64,000 bases of DNA, taken from the NCBI GenBank assembly GCA_016285145.1, contig JAEEQE010000007.1, positions 13,684 to 77,683 of the forward strand. The letters are read 5' to 3'. The position numbers and the translations under genes are program-made. The notes beneath the pieces were generated by a model that saw only the letters and a program-made list of their open reading frames with translations, did no database searches and was not told the origin of the DNA. Origin of the DNA: Bacteroidales bacterium (GTDB lineage Bacteria > Bacteroidota > Bacteroidia > Bacteroidales > WCHB1-69). Of the stretch, positions 47,008-55,518 are shown one piece after another (position 1 is the first letter of the stretch; each line of letters opens with the position of its first letter).

Positions 47008-47475
47008 TTACATGCGCATGTGGGCGAATGCCTTGTTGGCTTCGGCCATTCTGTGGATTTCCTCTTTCTTCTTGAAAGCGGCACCCTCGCTCTTGTACGC
47101 GGCCATGATCTCCTGGGCCAGTTTGTCGGCCATCGTCTGCTCGTGACGCTTGCGTGCGAAGGATATTAAGTTCTTCATACCTACAGATTGCTTTCTGCCC
47201 GGTTTGATCTCCTCAGGGACGGGGAGGGTGGTACCACCGACGCGCTTGCTCTTTACCTCGACGCTGGGGGTCACGTTCTCCAGGGCTTTCTTCCAAACCT
47301 CGATACCGTTTTCCTTGGTTTTCTCCTCAACGATGTCGATGGCTTTGTAGAAGATTTCGAAAGCAAGGTTTTTCTTGCCTTTCAACATGATGTTGTTGAC
47401 GAATTTCGTTACCTGTTCGTCATTGTACTTCGGATCCGGAAGAATGATCCTTTTTTTTGCGTGTGAATTTCTCAT
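47008..47475 (-). CDS. rpsG: Ribosomal protein S7
   Basis: ..[52 protein letters not shown]. Confidence 0.9.
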   Translation of the reverse strand: MRNSHAKKRIILPDPKYNDEQVTKFVNNIMLKGKKNLAFEIFYKAIDIVEEKTKENGIEVWKKALENVTPSVEVKSKRVGGTTLPVPEEIKPGRKQSVGMKNLISFARKRHEQTMADKLAQEIMAAYKSEGAAFKKKEEIHRMAEANKAFAHMRM

Positions 47476-47559
47476 TTTTCTTGTATCTTCAATAATGATT
47501 ATTTACTCTTGAATCGCCAATCACGGCGTTCAATTTACGATTTTTTGGTTGAAAACAGC

Positions 47560-47943
47560 TTATTTCGCAGCTTTCTTGGGTCTCTTGGCACCATATTTGG
47601 AACGACCCTGGAGACGACCGTCAACACCGGCGGAGTCCAATGCACCGCGAACGATGTGATAACGAACGCCCGGAAGGTCTTTGACACGACCGCCGCGCAC
47701 CAGCACGATGCTGTGCTCCTGCAGGTTGTGGCCTTCGCCCGGAATGTAGGCGTTCACCTCTTTACCGTTGGTCATTCTTACCCTCGCCACCTTACGCATG
47801 GCTGAATTGGGCTTTTTAGGAGTGGTTGTGTAAACCCTCAAGCAAACGCCGCGACGTTGCGGACAGGCATCCAATGCCCTTGACTTACTCTGTGAAGTAA
47901 GCTTTTTTCTTCCTTTTCTTACTAATTGTTGAATTGTAGGCAT
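47560..47943 (-). CDS. rpsL: Ribosomal protein S12
   Basis: [47 protein letters not shown]. Confidence 0.95.
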   Translation of the reverse strand: MPTIQQLVRKGRKKLTSQSKSRALDACPQRRGVCLRVYTTTPKKPNSAMRKVARVRMTNGKEVNAYIPGEGHNLQEHSIVLVRGGRVKDLPGVRYHIVRGALDSAGVDGRLQGRSKYGAKRPKKAAK

Positions 47944-48071
47944 ACAATTTGATTTGTTAAACTTTTAATTATTATAGTTTTATACCCCTAATTTTTGGGC
48001 TGGCAAAAATACACTTTTTTCTTTATTGTTCAGTAAGTCAGTGATTTTTTTTTATCCATATTGTTAATGGC

Positions 48072-48099
48072 AAAAAAAAACTGCCCGAAGGCAGTCTTT
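48072..48099 (-). terminator. Intrinsic (bidirectional-looking) terminator
   Basis: actgcc-cgaa-ggcagt hairpin flanked by an A9 run and a T run, immediately after the stop at 48100. Confidence 0.6.
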
Positions 48100-48609
48100 T
48101 TATCTTCGTCTCACTCCCGAGTTGATGGGACCGACGGGCTTCTCTTCCGGGGCGGCTTTCTTTTTGCTGGCCATATCCCGTTTGAATTTCTCATCGATAT
48201 CGAAGAATTCCTGGATATGTCGGGGTGTGAGCGTGCCCTTGATTTTCTTGTAGAAACCGGATTCCAGATTGAGCAGGTTCTTGCGCAGTTCGAACTTCTG
48301 GTCGTGGAGGTAGGTCAGCTGGCTGTCGTTGAGCCTTTCAATCACCTCCTTGTTCTGGCCGACGCTGTTCAGCTTGATGCCGCGCTTGGATAAATTGGTT
48401 TTGTACGTTTCGAAGGCCTTCACCTCGCTGCGGAGGTATTGCTCGTAAGCGGTCCAGAAGACCTTGCTTTCTGCGGACGTCAGTTTGAGTTTGTTCCGCA
48501 TGTTTTCCATGCGCGCCTTGACGATCTTGTTGCCGTCTTCCTTTTCTTGCGCCTGAATGCTGAAAGAGAAAGCTGCCAGCAGACAGACTAATACAAACAA
48601 TCGTTTCAT
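48100..48609 (-). CDS. Secreted coiled-coil periplasmic protein (third gene of the ECF trio)
   Basis: Signal peptide MKRLFVLVCLLAAFSFSIQAQ. Lys/Glu-rich helical sequence. Confidence 0.5.
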   Translation of the reverse strand: MKRLFVLVCLLAAFSFSIQAQEKEDGNKIVKARMENMRNKLKLTSAESKVFWTAYEQYLRSEVKAFETYKTNLSKRGIKLNSVGQNKEVIERLNDSQLTYLHDQKFELRKNLLNLESGFYKKIKGTLTPRHIQEFFDIDEKFKRDMASKKKAAPEEKPVGPINSGVRRR

Positions 48610-48620
48610 ATCGTTTCCTT

Positions 48621-48947
48621 TTAGTAATTATAATAATAATCCATTTGAGCCAATTCGGAGCTGTAGTAGTCCGCCATCTGATCTTCCAACTGGTTGTCGG
48701 CGGTGGTGATGGCTGTGTCGGCCACGACTTTTCCCGGAATTTTGTCGTTGTTCATGTAGCCGATGACGACGGTGCTGCAGATGACCAGTGCCATCACGGC
48801 GGCAATGGCGGAAAGCCAAATGTTGCGCCGGCGGGCTTTGTCTTTGCGTATCACGTTCATCATTTGCCCCGGCAACTGCTCGAAATACCCTTCCGGAATG
48901 TTGTAATGCTCCTGTTTGCTTAATTGATCAAGATCTATCATCTCCAT
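48621..48947 (-). CDS. Putative anti-sigma factor (single-pass membrane protein)
   Basis: 108 aa with one TM segment (IWLSAIAAVMALVICSTVVIGY), directly downstream of the ECF sigma gene. Confidence 0.5.
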   Translation of the reverse strand: MEMIDLDQLSKQEHYNIPEGYFEQLPGQMMNVIRKDKARRRNIWLSAIAAVMALVICSTVVIGYMNNDKIPGKVVADTAITTADNQLEDQMADYYSSELAQMDYYYNY

Positions 48948-48985
48948 TTTTTTTGAAAAAAACAGATTCGTTGACTATATAAAAA

Positions 48986-49543
48986 CTAAAAGGTTAAATG
49001 CTCGGAAATATTTTTTTTGATTTTTTCCGCAGCGAAGTGGTAGGAGGCCTTGAGGGCACTCTCGGAGGTGTCGAAAATCTTGGACATTTCGGCGTAGGGG
49101 GTCTCGTCGTAGTAGCGCATGGTGAACACGGCGCGCTGCTTGGGCGGCAGCTTCAAAATGGCCTCCTGCAACAACTGTTCGATCTCATTCGGGGATATGA
49201 AGTTGGTGTCGGCTTGGCTTACGACAAGGAAATCCATGTAGCTGTCGTCGGTCAGGTTGAGCAGTTTCTTCTTCTTCTCGATGAAGGAGAGAGCCTCGTT
49301 GATGCAAATCTTGGTGATCCATGTCTTCAGGGAGGAGTCGCCGCGGAACTTGTCGAGGTTGCGCCAGATTTTGATGCACACGTTCTGCGTCACGTCGTTG
49401 GCGTCCTCGTGAAGCGTCACGATGCGTCGGGCGTTATAGTAGATCACCCGCTGGTATTTTTTCAGCAGCATTTCGAATGCCTGCTCGCGGGTCTTGCTGT
49501 TCTGGAACAGCGAGAGTATGAATTCGTCGGTTGCTTCGGGCAT
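48986..49543 (-). CDS. ECF-type RNA polymerase sigma-70 factor
   Basis: 185 aa with region 2 (..DVTQNVCIKIWRNLDKFRGDSSLKTWI) and region 4 (LPPKQRAVFTMRYYDETPYAEMSKI). Confidence 0.8.
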   Translation of the reverse strand: MPEATDEFILSLFQNSKTREQAFEMLLKKYQRVIYYNARRIVTLHEDANDVTQNVCIKIWRNLDKFRGDSSLKTWITKICINEALSFIEKKKKLLNLTDDSYMDFLVVSQADTNFISPNEIEQLLQEAILKLPPKQRAVFTMRYYDETPYAEMSKIFDTSESALKASYHFAAEKIKKNISEHLTF

Positions 49544-49549
49544 GGCGTG

Positions 49550-50503
49550 TTATTTGCGTGCGATGACTTTCTTGCAGGCTTCCACGATGTGCTGTTGGTC
49601 CAGGCCGTACAGCTCCATCAGCTCGTTGGGAGTGCCGCTTTCGCCGAAACGGTCGTCCACGGCCACCATCTCCACGGGTGCGGGCTGTCGGCGGCAGAGC
49701 AGCTGGCAAACGGAATCTCCCAATCCGCCGTTCATGAGATGCTCCTCGGCGGTGACCACACAACGGGTCTTGGCCACGGAGGCCAGAATGGCATCCTCGT
49801 CCAACGGCTTGATGGTGGTGATGTCAATGACCTCGGCGGAGATGCCCTGCTCGGACAACTCGTAGGCGGCTTGCAGAGCTGGCCATACCAAATGTCCGGT
49901 GGCAATGACGGTGACATCGGTTCCCTCGTTCATTGTGATAGCCTTCCCGATGAGGAAGGGCTTGTCAGCTGGAGTGAAATTGGGCACGGAAGGACGTCCG
50001 AAACGGAGATATACAGGACCGTTGTACTCGGCGGCGGCAATCGTGGCCATCTTGGTCTGGTTGTAGTCGCAAGGGTTGATCACCACCATGTTCGGCAGCA
50101 TCTTCATCAGGCCTAAATCCTCCATCATCTCGTGGGTGGCTCCGTCTTCCCCGACGGTGAGGCCGGCATGGGAGGCGCAGATTTTGACGTTGAGGTTGGA
50201 ATAGGCCACCGTCATGCGGATCTGGTCATAGACACGTCCGGTGATGAATCCGGCGAAGGCACTGGCGAAAGGTACTTTACCGCTCAGGGCGAGGCCGGCA
50301 CTGATGCCTACCATGTTCGCCTCGGCAATGCCCACCTGGATGAAGCGGTCGGGAAAAGCCGCTTTGAAATCACCCATCTTCACACTGCCGGTGACATCAG
50401 CCGTGAGGGCGAATACGTTGGCGTTCTGCTTGCCTGCTTCCACCAAACCGGCACCAAAGCCGGATCGGGTGTCCTTGAAATCGTTGCACTCTATTTTTTC
50501 CAT
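49550..50503 (-). CDS. Transketolase, C-terminal (pyrimidine-binding) subunit
   Basis: ..DRFIQVGIAEANMVGISAGLAL..GATHEMMEDL.. 317 aa. Confidence 0.8.
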   Translation of the reverse strand: MEKIECNDFKDTRSGFGAGLVEAGKQNANVFALTADVTGSVKMGDFKAAFPDRFIQVGIAEANMVGISAGLALSGKVPFASAFAGFITGRVYDQIRMTVAYSNLNVKICASHAGLTVGEDGATHEMMEDLGLMKMLPNMVVINPCDYNQTKMATIAAAEYNGPVYLRFGRPSVPNFTPADKPFLIGKAITMNEGTDVTVIATGHLVWPALQAAYELSEQGISAEVIDITTIKPLDEDAILASVAKTRCVVTAEEHLMNGGLGDSVCQLLCRRQPAPVEMVAVDDRFGESGTPNELMELYGLDQQHIVEACKKVIARK

Positions 50504-50618
50504 TATCGTTGTGGGTTTTTGTCAAATATTTTTTGCGTGCAAAAATACGAAATTTGATAATTATGAGTTATCCAAAATAATATTTTCTTATGCGTTTATG
50601 TTTTAACGCTCTACAAGC

Positions 50619-53600
50619 ATGCTGAAAATAAGGCTGTGTCGCCTTTTGATTTTGGCAACTTTTATGTTGTCAATCAGTTACGCTTTTTGTCAGTCGGATG
50701 GCGAATGGCGTGTGCGACATGTTGTGCCCCAAACTATGTCGTTTAAGGCCGACACACTCTCCATCCGGGCCGAGACGTTCGTGATCCATGATGTGCCTTC
50801 CTTCGCATATCGCCTCGATCCGATAGCCGCTATGGTCTATTTGCAGGATTCGGCCCTGTTGGGCAAAACACTTGTCTATCGCTATCAGACTTACACACTG
50901 GATTTCGCCAAGCCATACGCTCACAAGTCCCGCGCGCTCATTGAGTCGCCCGGCTATCGTTATCAGCCGGCCGTGGGACAGCTCCGGACGATGGCAGACT
51001 TGCAACAGGACAACCAGCTCCTTAGCAACGGGTCCATCTCACGTGGCGTTTCTGTCGGTAACCGGCAGGATCTGGTTCTTAATTCCACACTGAACTTGCA
51101 ACTCTCCGGTCAACTGTCGGAGGATGTGCGGGTGGAAGCCTCCATCTCGGATAAGAATATTCCCATTCAGCCGGAGGGAAATACACAATATCTGCATGAC
51201 ATTAATAATATATTTATAACAATATATATTAAACATTATTTAGAAATATCTGCAGGCGATGTGTTGGCTCAGAAACCATCTTCCCGTTTTCTCTTTTTGT
51301 CGAGAAATCTGTTGGGTATGAAGGCAAAAGGGCTTTTTTCAAAAGACAGTGTGTTCCGGATGACCAGCCAGTTAGGCGGTGGCGTGACAAAGGGCTCCTA
51401 CGCCCGACAATCCATAGTGCCACAGAATGGAGTACAGGGGCCCTATCGTCTGTATGGAAAGGCCAATGAAATCAATATAACGGTTGTGGCGGGTTCCGAG
51501 CGCGTGTACGTGGACGGCGTACTGTTGACACGAGGACAGGATCACGATTATGTGATGGATTACAATACGGCGGAAATCACCTTCACACCCTCCATGCTGG
51601 TCACGTCCGAGAAACGTATTGTGGTGGAATTCGAATATACCGACCGCCATTACACCCGTTACAGCCTGTTTTCCTACAACTCCATGGTCTTGGGAAAACG
51701 CCAGCGTTGGACATTGGATGTGCATTATTTCCGCGAGCAGGATTTGAAAAACCATCCTGTGCAGCCTGAACTGACCGATGCGGAGAAGATGTTCCTGTCC
51801 CGATTGGAGGGGGACACTCCGTATGCCTATTATGCGCGGTGTGATTCGGCTGCTTTTTCACCGGAACAGATTCTCTATGCCCGTCGCGACACGTTGGTGG
51901 CGGGTCAATATTATTCCGTCTATGTTTATTCCGCGTCAGAGGATGAACAACTTTATCGCCTCAGTTTCACGTATTTGGGTCCGAATAAAGGGTCATATCG
52001 GCTGCTTCGGAGTACAACCAACGGTCGTGTGTTTGGCTGGGTGGCTCCTGTGGACGGTGTGCTGCAGGGCGATTACGAGCCGGTGGTCCAATTGGCCACT
52101 CCGATGCTGACGCAAATGCTGACCGTGTCGGGGCAGTATGCGTTCCGTCCGCAGTCGTCGGCCCGTGTCGAACTGGCTCTCTCTCACAAAGATGTCAACA
52201 CATTCTCCAAACAGGATAACCGCGACAATGTCGGATTTGCTATCGATATGGGCGTCCATCATCGGCAGATGCTACGCAACAGCCAGGAAAAGAAACGGTT
52301 GTGGTCGTTGGTGGCGGACTTGGATTGGCAATTCGTACACAAGAACTTCCGGGCGGTGGAACGTTTCCGTGAGGTAGAGTTCGCCCGTCAGTATAATCTG
52401 GCAGAGGACCAGTCCTTCACACATTCGGAGCAGATGCTTCATGCCGAGTTTGCTTTGGCCCACCCGACGTTTTCCACCACACACTATCGTGTCAACTGGT
52501 TCAACAGGATAGGGGATATGAATGCCCTGCGACAGGAATTGGTTTCGGATAATCATCTGAACCACTGGGTGCTCAGAACCAATACCTCATTTCTGTCCAC
52601 ACGGGATTCCGTGCAGCAAACTGCTTTCTGGTCCTCCCAAAACCAGATAGCCTATCGTTTTTCGAAGTTGGAGTTTGGTGTTCGGAATCTTTTGGAAAAC
52701 AATATGTTCCGAACGACGGCTGCAGGGTCGTTACGTCCATCCAGTTATGCTTTTTATGAAACTATGGCCTATTTGAAGAGTGATTCTGCCGCTGTTCAAT
52801 ATCAGTTTTCGTATAAGAATCGGGAGGAAATGCTTCCTGTGGAAAACCGTCTTCGACTTCATACGGATATTCATGAGGCCGGTGCTTCCCTTCGAGTTGA
52901 TCGCTTGAAGAACCAGCATGTTCTGTTTAAGGCCACCTATCGGAATCAGCGCCTGCGAGACTCTTTGGATAGACATGCTTCGGAACACTATTTCGTTGGA
53001 AATATCGAATATACGGGCCGTTTTTGTAAAAATGCCATTGTGTTGAATACCTATTATGAGGCTGGCAGCGGCATGGAATTGAGGAAAACGTTCACCTTCC
53101 TGAAGGTGGCAATGGGGCAGGGGACGCATATATGGATTGATTACAACGGCGATGGCTTGGAGGACATTGGGGAGTTTGAGGTGGCTGCCTTTCAGGATGA
53201 GGCAAATTATGTGAAGGTGTGGCTCGCGGGCACAGAGTATGTGAACACCTACAACAACCAGTTCACGCAGACGGTGCAGCTGCGGCCGGCGGCGGTATGG
53301 CAGCAGGCCGGCGGATTCCGTCGCTTTCTGGCCCGTTTCTCCGATGTGGCCATGCTCCGCTCGCAGTTGAAACACCAAAGGCCGAATTTCAATCCCTTTT
53401 ATTCGAATCTGATGGACACAGCTTTGATGGGCAGGCAATTTACAGTCACCAACACTTTTTCTTTTAACAACAGCGCCTCTAAATTCGCTTTTGATTTCAT
53501 TGTGCAGAAGTCGATGAACAAGAATCTCCTTTATTATGGTTATGAGCAAAACGGAATCTCCTCGCAGCAGGTGGTGCTGAAGAGTGCGCCGAGTGCGGAA

Positions 53601-54074
53601 TGGTACTTGCAGGCGGGCTATCAGCATATGGTGACCGACAACCGTTCTGATTATTTGACGCAGCGGACCTATGAAATCGTTCGCCATCAGGCGGATGGAA
53701 AGGTGCGGTGCCAGTATAACAACCGCTATTTCGGAGAGTTGGACTACCAGTTTGCCGAGCAGCGGAACAGGCTCGGGATCGAGCATACGCGTTCGCATGA
53801 GGCGGGCGGCACCTTCACATTCAGGTCGCCGAAATATGGTGCGGCGGTCGCCACGGTGCGCTATGTGCTCATCTGCGGGGAGGCCGGCACGGGCAACGGT
53901 GTGTCATACGCTCTGCTCAGAGGGCTGGCGGTGGGCCATAATGCGCTTTGGGGGGTCACCTACCAGGTGCCGGTATCCGACTTCCTGCAGGTTTCGTTGC
54001 AATATGACGGACGTGCTTCGGAGGGACATCGCGTGGTGCATACCGGCAGTGTGACGGTAAAAGCCCAATTCTAA
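50619..54074 (+). CDS. Large (1151 aa) predicted outer-membrane beta-barrel protein, function unknown
   Basis: Signal peptide; alternating beta-strand-like sequence throughout; C-terminal ..VTVKAQF. Lies immediately upstream of porP. Confidence 0.55.
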   Translation: MLKIRLCRLLILATFMLSISYAFCQSDGEWRVRHVVPQTMSFKADTLSIRAETFVIHDVPSFAYRLDPIAAMVYLQDSALLGKTLVYRYQTYTLDFAKPYAHKSRALIESPGYRYQPAVGQLRTMADLQQDNQLLSNGSISRGVSVGNRQDLVLNSTLNLQLSGQLSEDVRVEASISDKNIPIQPEGNTQYLHDINNIFITIYIKHYLEISAGDVLAQKPSSRFLFLSRNLLGMKAKGLFSKDSVFRMTSQLGGGVTKGSYARQSIVPQNGVQGPYRLYGKANEINITVVAGSERVYVDGVLLTRGQDHDYVMDYNTAEITFTPSMLVTSEKRIVVEFEYTDRHYTRYSLFSYNSMVLGKRQRWTLDVHYFREQDLKNHPVQPELTDAEKMFLSRLEGDTPYAYYARCDSAAFSPEQILYARRDTLVAGQYYSVYVYSASEDEQLYRLSFTYLGPNKGSYRLLRSTTNGRVFGWVAPVDGVLQGDYEPVVQLATPMLTQMLTVSGQYAFRPQSSARVELALSHKDVNTFSKQDNRDNVGFAIDMGVHHRQMLRNSQEKKRLWSLVADLDWQFVHKNFRAVERFREVEFARQYNLAEDQSFTHSEQMLHAEFALAHPTFSTTHYRVNWFNRIGDMNALRQELVSDNHLNHWVLRTNTSFLSTRDSVQQTAFWSSQNQIAYRFSKLEFGVRNLLENNMFRTTAAGSLRPSSYAFYETMAYLKSDSAAVQYQFSYKNREEMLPVENRLRLHTDIHEAGASLRVDRLKNQHVLFKATYRNQRLRDSLDRHASEHYFVGNIEYTGRFCKNAIVLNTYYEAGSGMELRKTFTFLKVAMGQGTHIWIDYNGDGLEDIGEFEVAAFQDEANYVKVWLAGTEYVNTYNNQFTQTVQLRPAAVWQQAGGFRRFLARFSDVAMLRSQLKHQRPNFNPFYSNLMDTALMGRQFTVTNTFSFNNSASKFAFDFIVQKSMNKNLLYYGYEQNGISSQQVVLKSAPSAEWYLQAGYQHMVTDNRSDYLTQRTYEIVRHQADGKVRCQYNNRYFGELDYQFAEQRNRLGIEHTRSHEAGGTFTFRSPKYGAAVATVRYVLICGEAGTGNGVSYALLRGLAVGHNALWGVTYQVPVSDFLQVSLQYDGRASEGHRVVHTGSVTVKAQF

Positions 54075-54165
54075 ATAATAATCTGATACACAGATTAATA
54101 TGCTGTTGTTAGTTTAAATGGTATATTTTTTTACTAGAAAGGGTTAAAGCAAAAGAAAATTATAT

Positions 54166-54173
54166 TATCTTTG
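54166..54173 (+). promoter_or_regulatory. -7 promoter box (TATCTTTG) for the porPKLMN operon
   Basis: ~150 nt upstream of the porP ATG. Confidence 0.4.
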
Positions 54174-54325
54174 TCGCTTGAAAAAAAATAATGTCTAATG
54201 CGCATTGTAACTTTTTGAAAAAGTAGAGGTATAATGGGAGTTACTAATAGTAGAAGAATTTTTCGAAAAAAGTTATATATGATTGCAGGACAAACTGTTA
54301 TTGTATAACAAAACGAAAAACTAAT

Positions 54326-55447
54326 ATGATAGATTGGCAGAAAAAACTCTTGGTCTTATTGCTTTTCACCGGCATGTTCGGGGCGGTGGGTTATGCGCAG
54401 GATGATGCACAATTTACCCTTTTCCCCTGGGCAACCTCCTATTATAACGCTGGTGGCATCGGTGAGCAGAACAACACGCTGTGTTTTACTGCAATCTATA
54501 ACAACAAATATGTGGGGTGGAAAGATGTATATACGGTGAATGGTGCGGATTCCTCGAACAAGACAGCCCCGCAGGATTTCCTTTTCAATATGGAATCCTA
54601 TCTGAAGAAGCTTCACGGCTCTGTTGGAGTGTCAGTTGTGAGCGATATTGTCGGCTTTTACAAGAATGTCGGGGTGAAACTGGGCTATGCGTACAAGTTG
54701 CGCATCGGCGGCGGCCATCTCGGCATCGGTGCCCAGGTCTCGTTGTTTAACCAGAAGATTGAAAAGTCCGGTTTCCGGCCCATAGAGACAGGCGACCCTG
54801 TGTTGGACGGTTTGGGTGAATCCACACTGGATTTGGACTTCTCCTTCGGTCTTCTCTACACCAACGACCAGTGGTATGTGGGTGCGGGCCTGACCAACAT
54901 CGCCGGCGCCCTGGACAAGAACCAGACGTTGCGCGTGTCTGGCGACCGAGGCACACAGCGTTCCTCGCATTTGTACCTGCACGGCGGTTATACATGGATT
55001 ATACCTGCCAACCCCAATTGGGAACTGCTTCCCCAAACGATGTTGAAAATGAGCTATTCGCGTGTGCCCAGACTGGATGAGAACGGCAATTATGCGCTTG
55101 ATTCGAAGGGTAAGTACATGTCGAAGATCGGCTTCAATGTGGTGCAATGGGATGTGATGCTGCTGGCCCGTTACAACGGTGTGTTCTGGGGTGGCCTCGG
55201 CTACCGTTTGCAAGATGCCGTCTCGGTGATCTTCGGCGCACGTCCGTTCTACAATTCTTCCAATATCTATCTCAAGGGTCTGGATGCCGGTCTCTCCTAC
55301 AGCTTTACGGCCAATAAACTGGGATATCGTATCAACCGCAGTTTCGGTGATATTGAGGTGATGGTCCGCTACTGTTTCGATATTTACAAGCCGGAGATTT
55401 TCTCGGGCTACGGTTCCACTCGTTCCATCTACAAGAACCAATATTAA
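54326..55447 (+). CDS. porP: T9SS PorP/SprF-family outer-membrane protein
   Basis: ..GYAQDDAQFTLFPWATSYYNAGGIG is a typical PorP/SprF start. Positioned ahead of porK. Confidence 0.8.
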   Translation: MIDWQKKLLVLLLFTGMFGAVGYAQDDAQFTLFPWATSYYNAGGIGEQNNTLCFTAIYNNKYVGWKDVYTVNGADSSNKTAPQDFLFNMESYLKKLHGSVGVSVVSDIVGFYKNVGVKLGYAYKLRIGGGHLGIGAQVSLFNQKIEKSGFRPIETGDPVLDGLGESTLDLDFSFGLLYTNDQWYVGAGLTNIAGALDKNQTLRVSGDRGTQRSSHLYLHGGYTWIIPANPNWELLPQTMLKMSYSRVPRLDENGNYALDSKGKYMSKIGFNVVQWDVMLLARYNGVFWGGLGYRLQDAVSVIFGARPFYNSSNIYLKGLDAGLSYSFTANKLGYRINRSFGDIEVMVRYCFDIYKPEIFSGYGSTRSIYKNQY

Positions 55448-55518
55448 CATTTGTAAAGAAAATTAATGATAATAAATCAAATATAATCACGTTAGAAAAA
55501 TCAATAAATTTTATACAA

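Noticed and set aside
48998-50116. Long antisense ORFs across GC3-rich genes (e.g. 48998..50116 +, 52731..53798 -, 61822..62895 -, 14399..15376 +, 58280..59272 -, 60362..61213 -, 54632..55450 -, 9548..10102 +)
   Set aside because: Each lies opposite a gene with clear family motifs (sigma factor/transketolase, OMP, RecQ, macro-domain, PorM, HldD, PorP, dehydratase). Their translations are Gly/Val/His/Arg-rich shadow sequences typical of high-GC3 antisense frames.
51187-51254. Clean target-site duplication with an excisable in-frame insertion
   Set aside because: The two 10-bp repeats are 58 nt apart, not a multiple of 3, so precise excision would destroy the reading frame. I kept it only as an unexplained AT patch.
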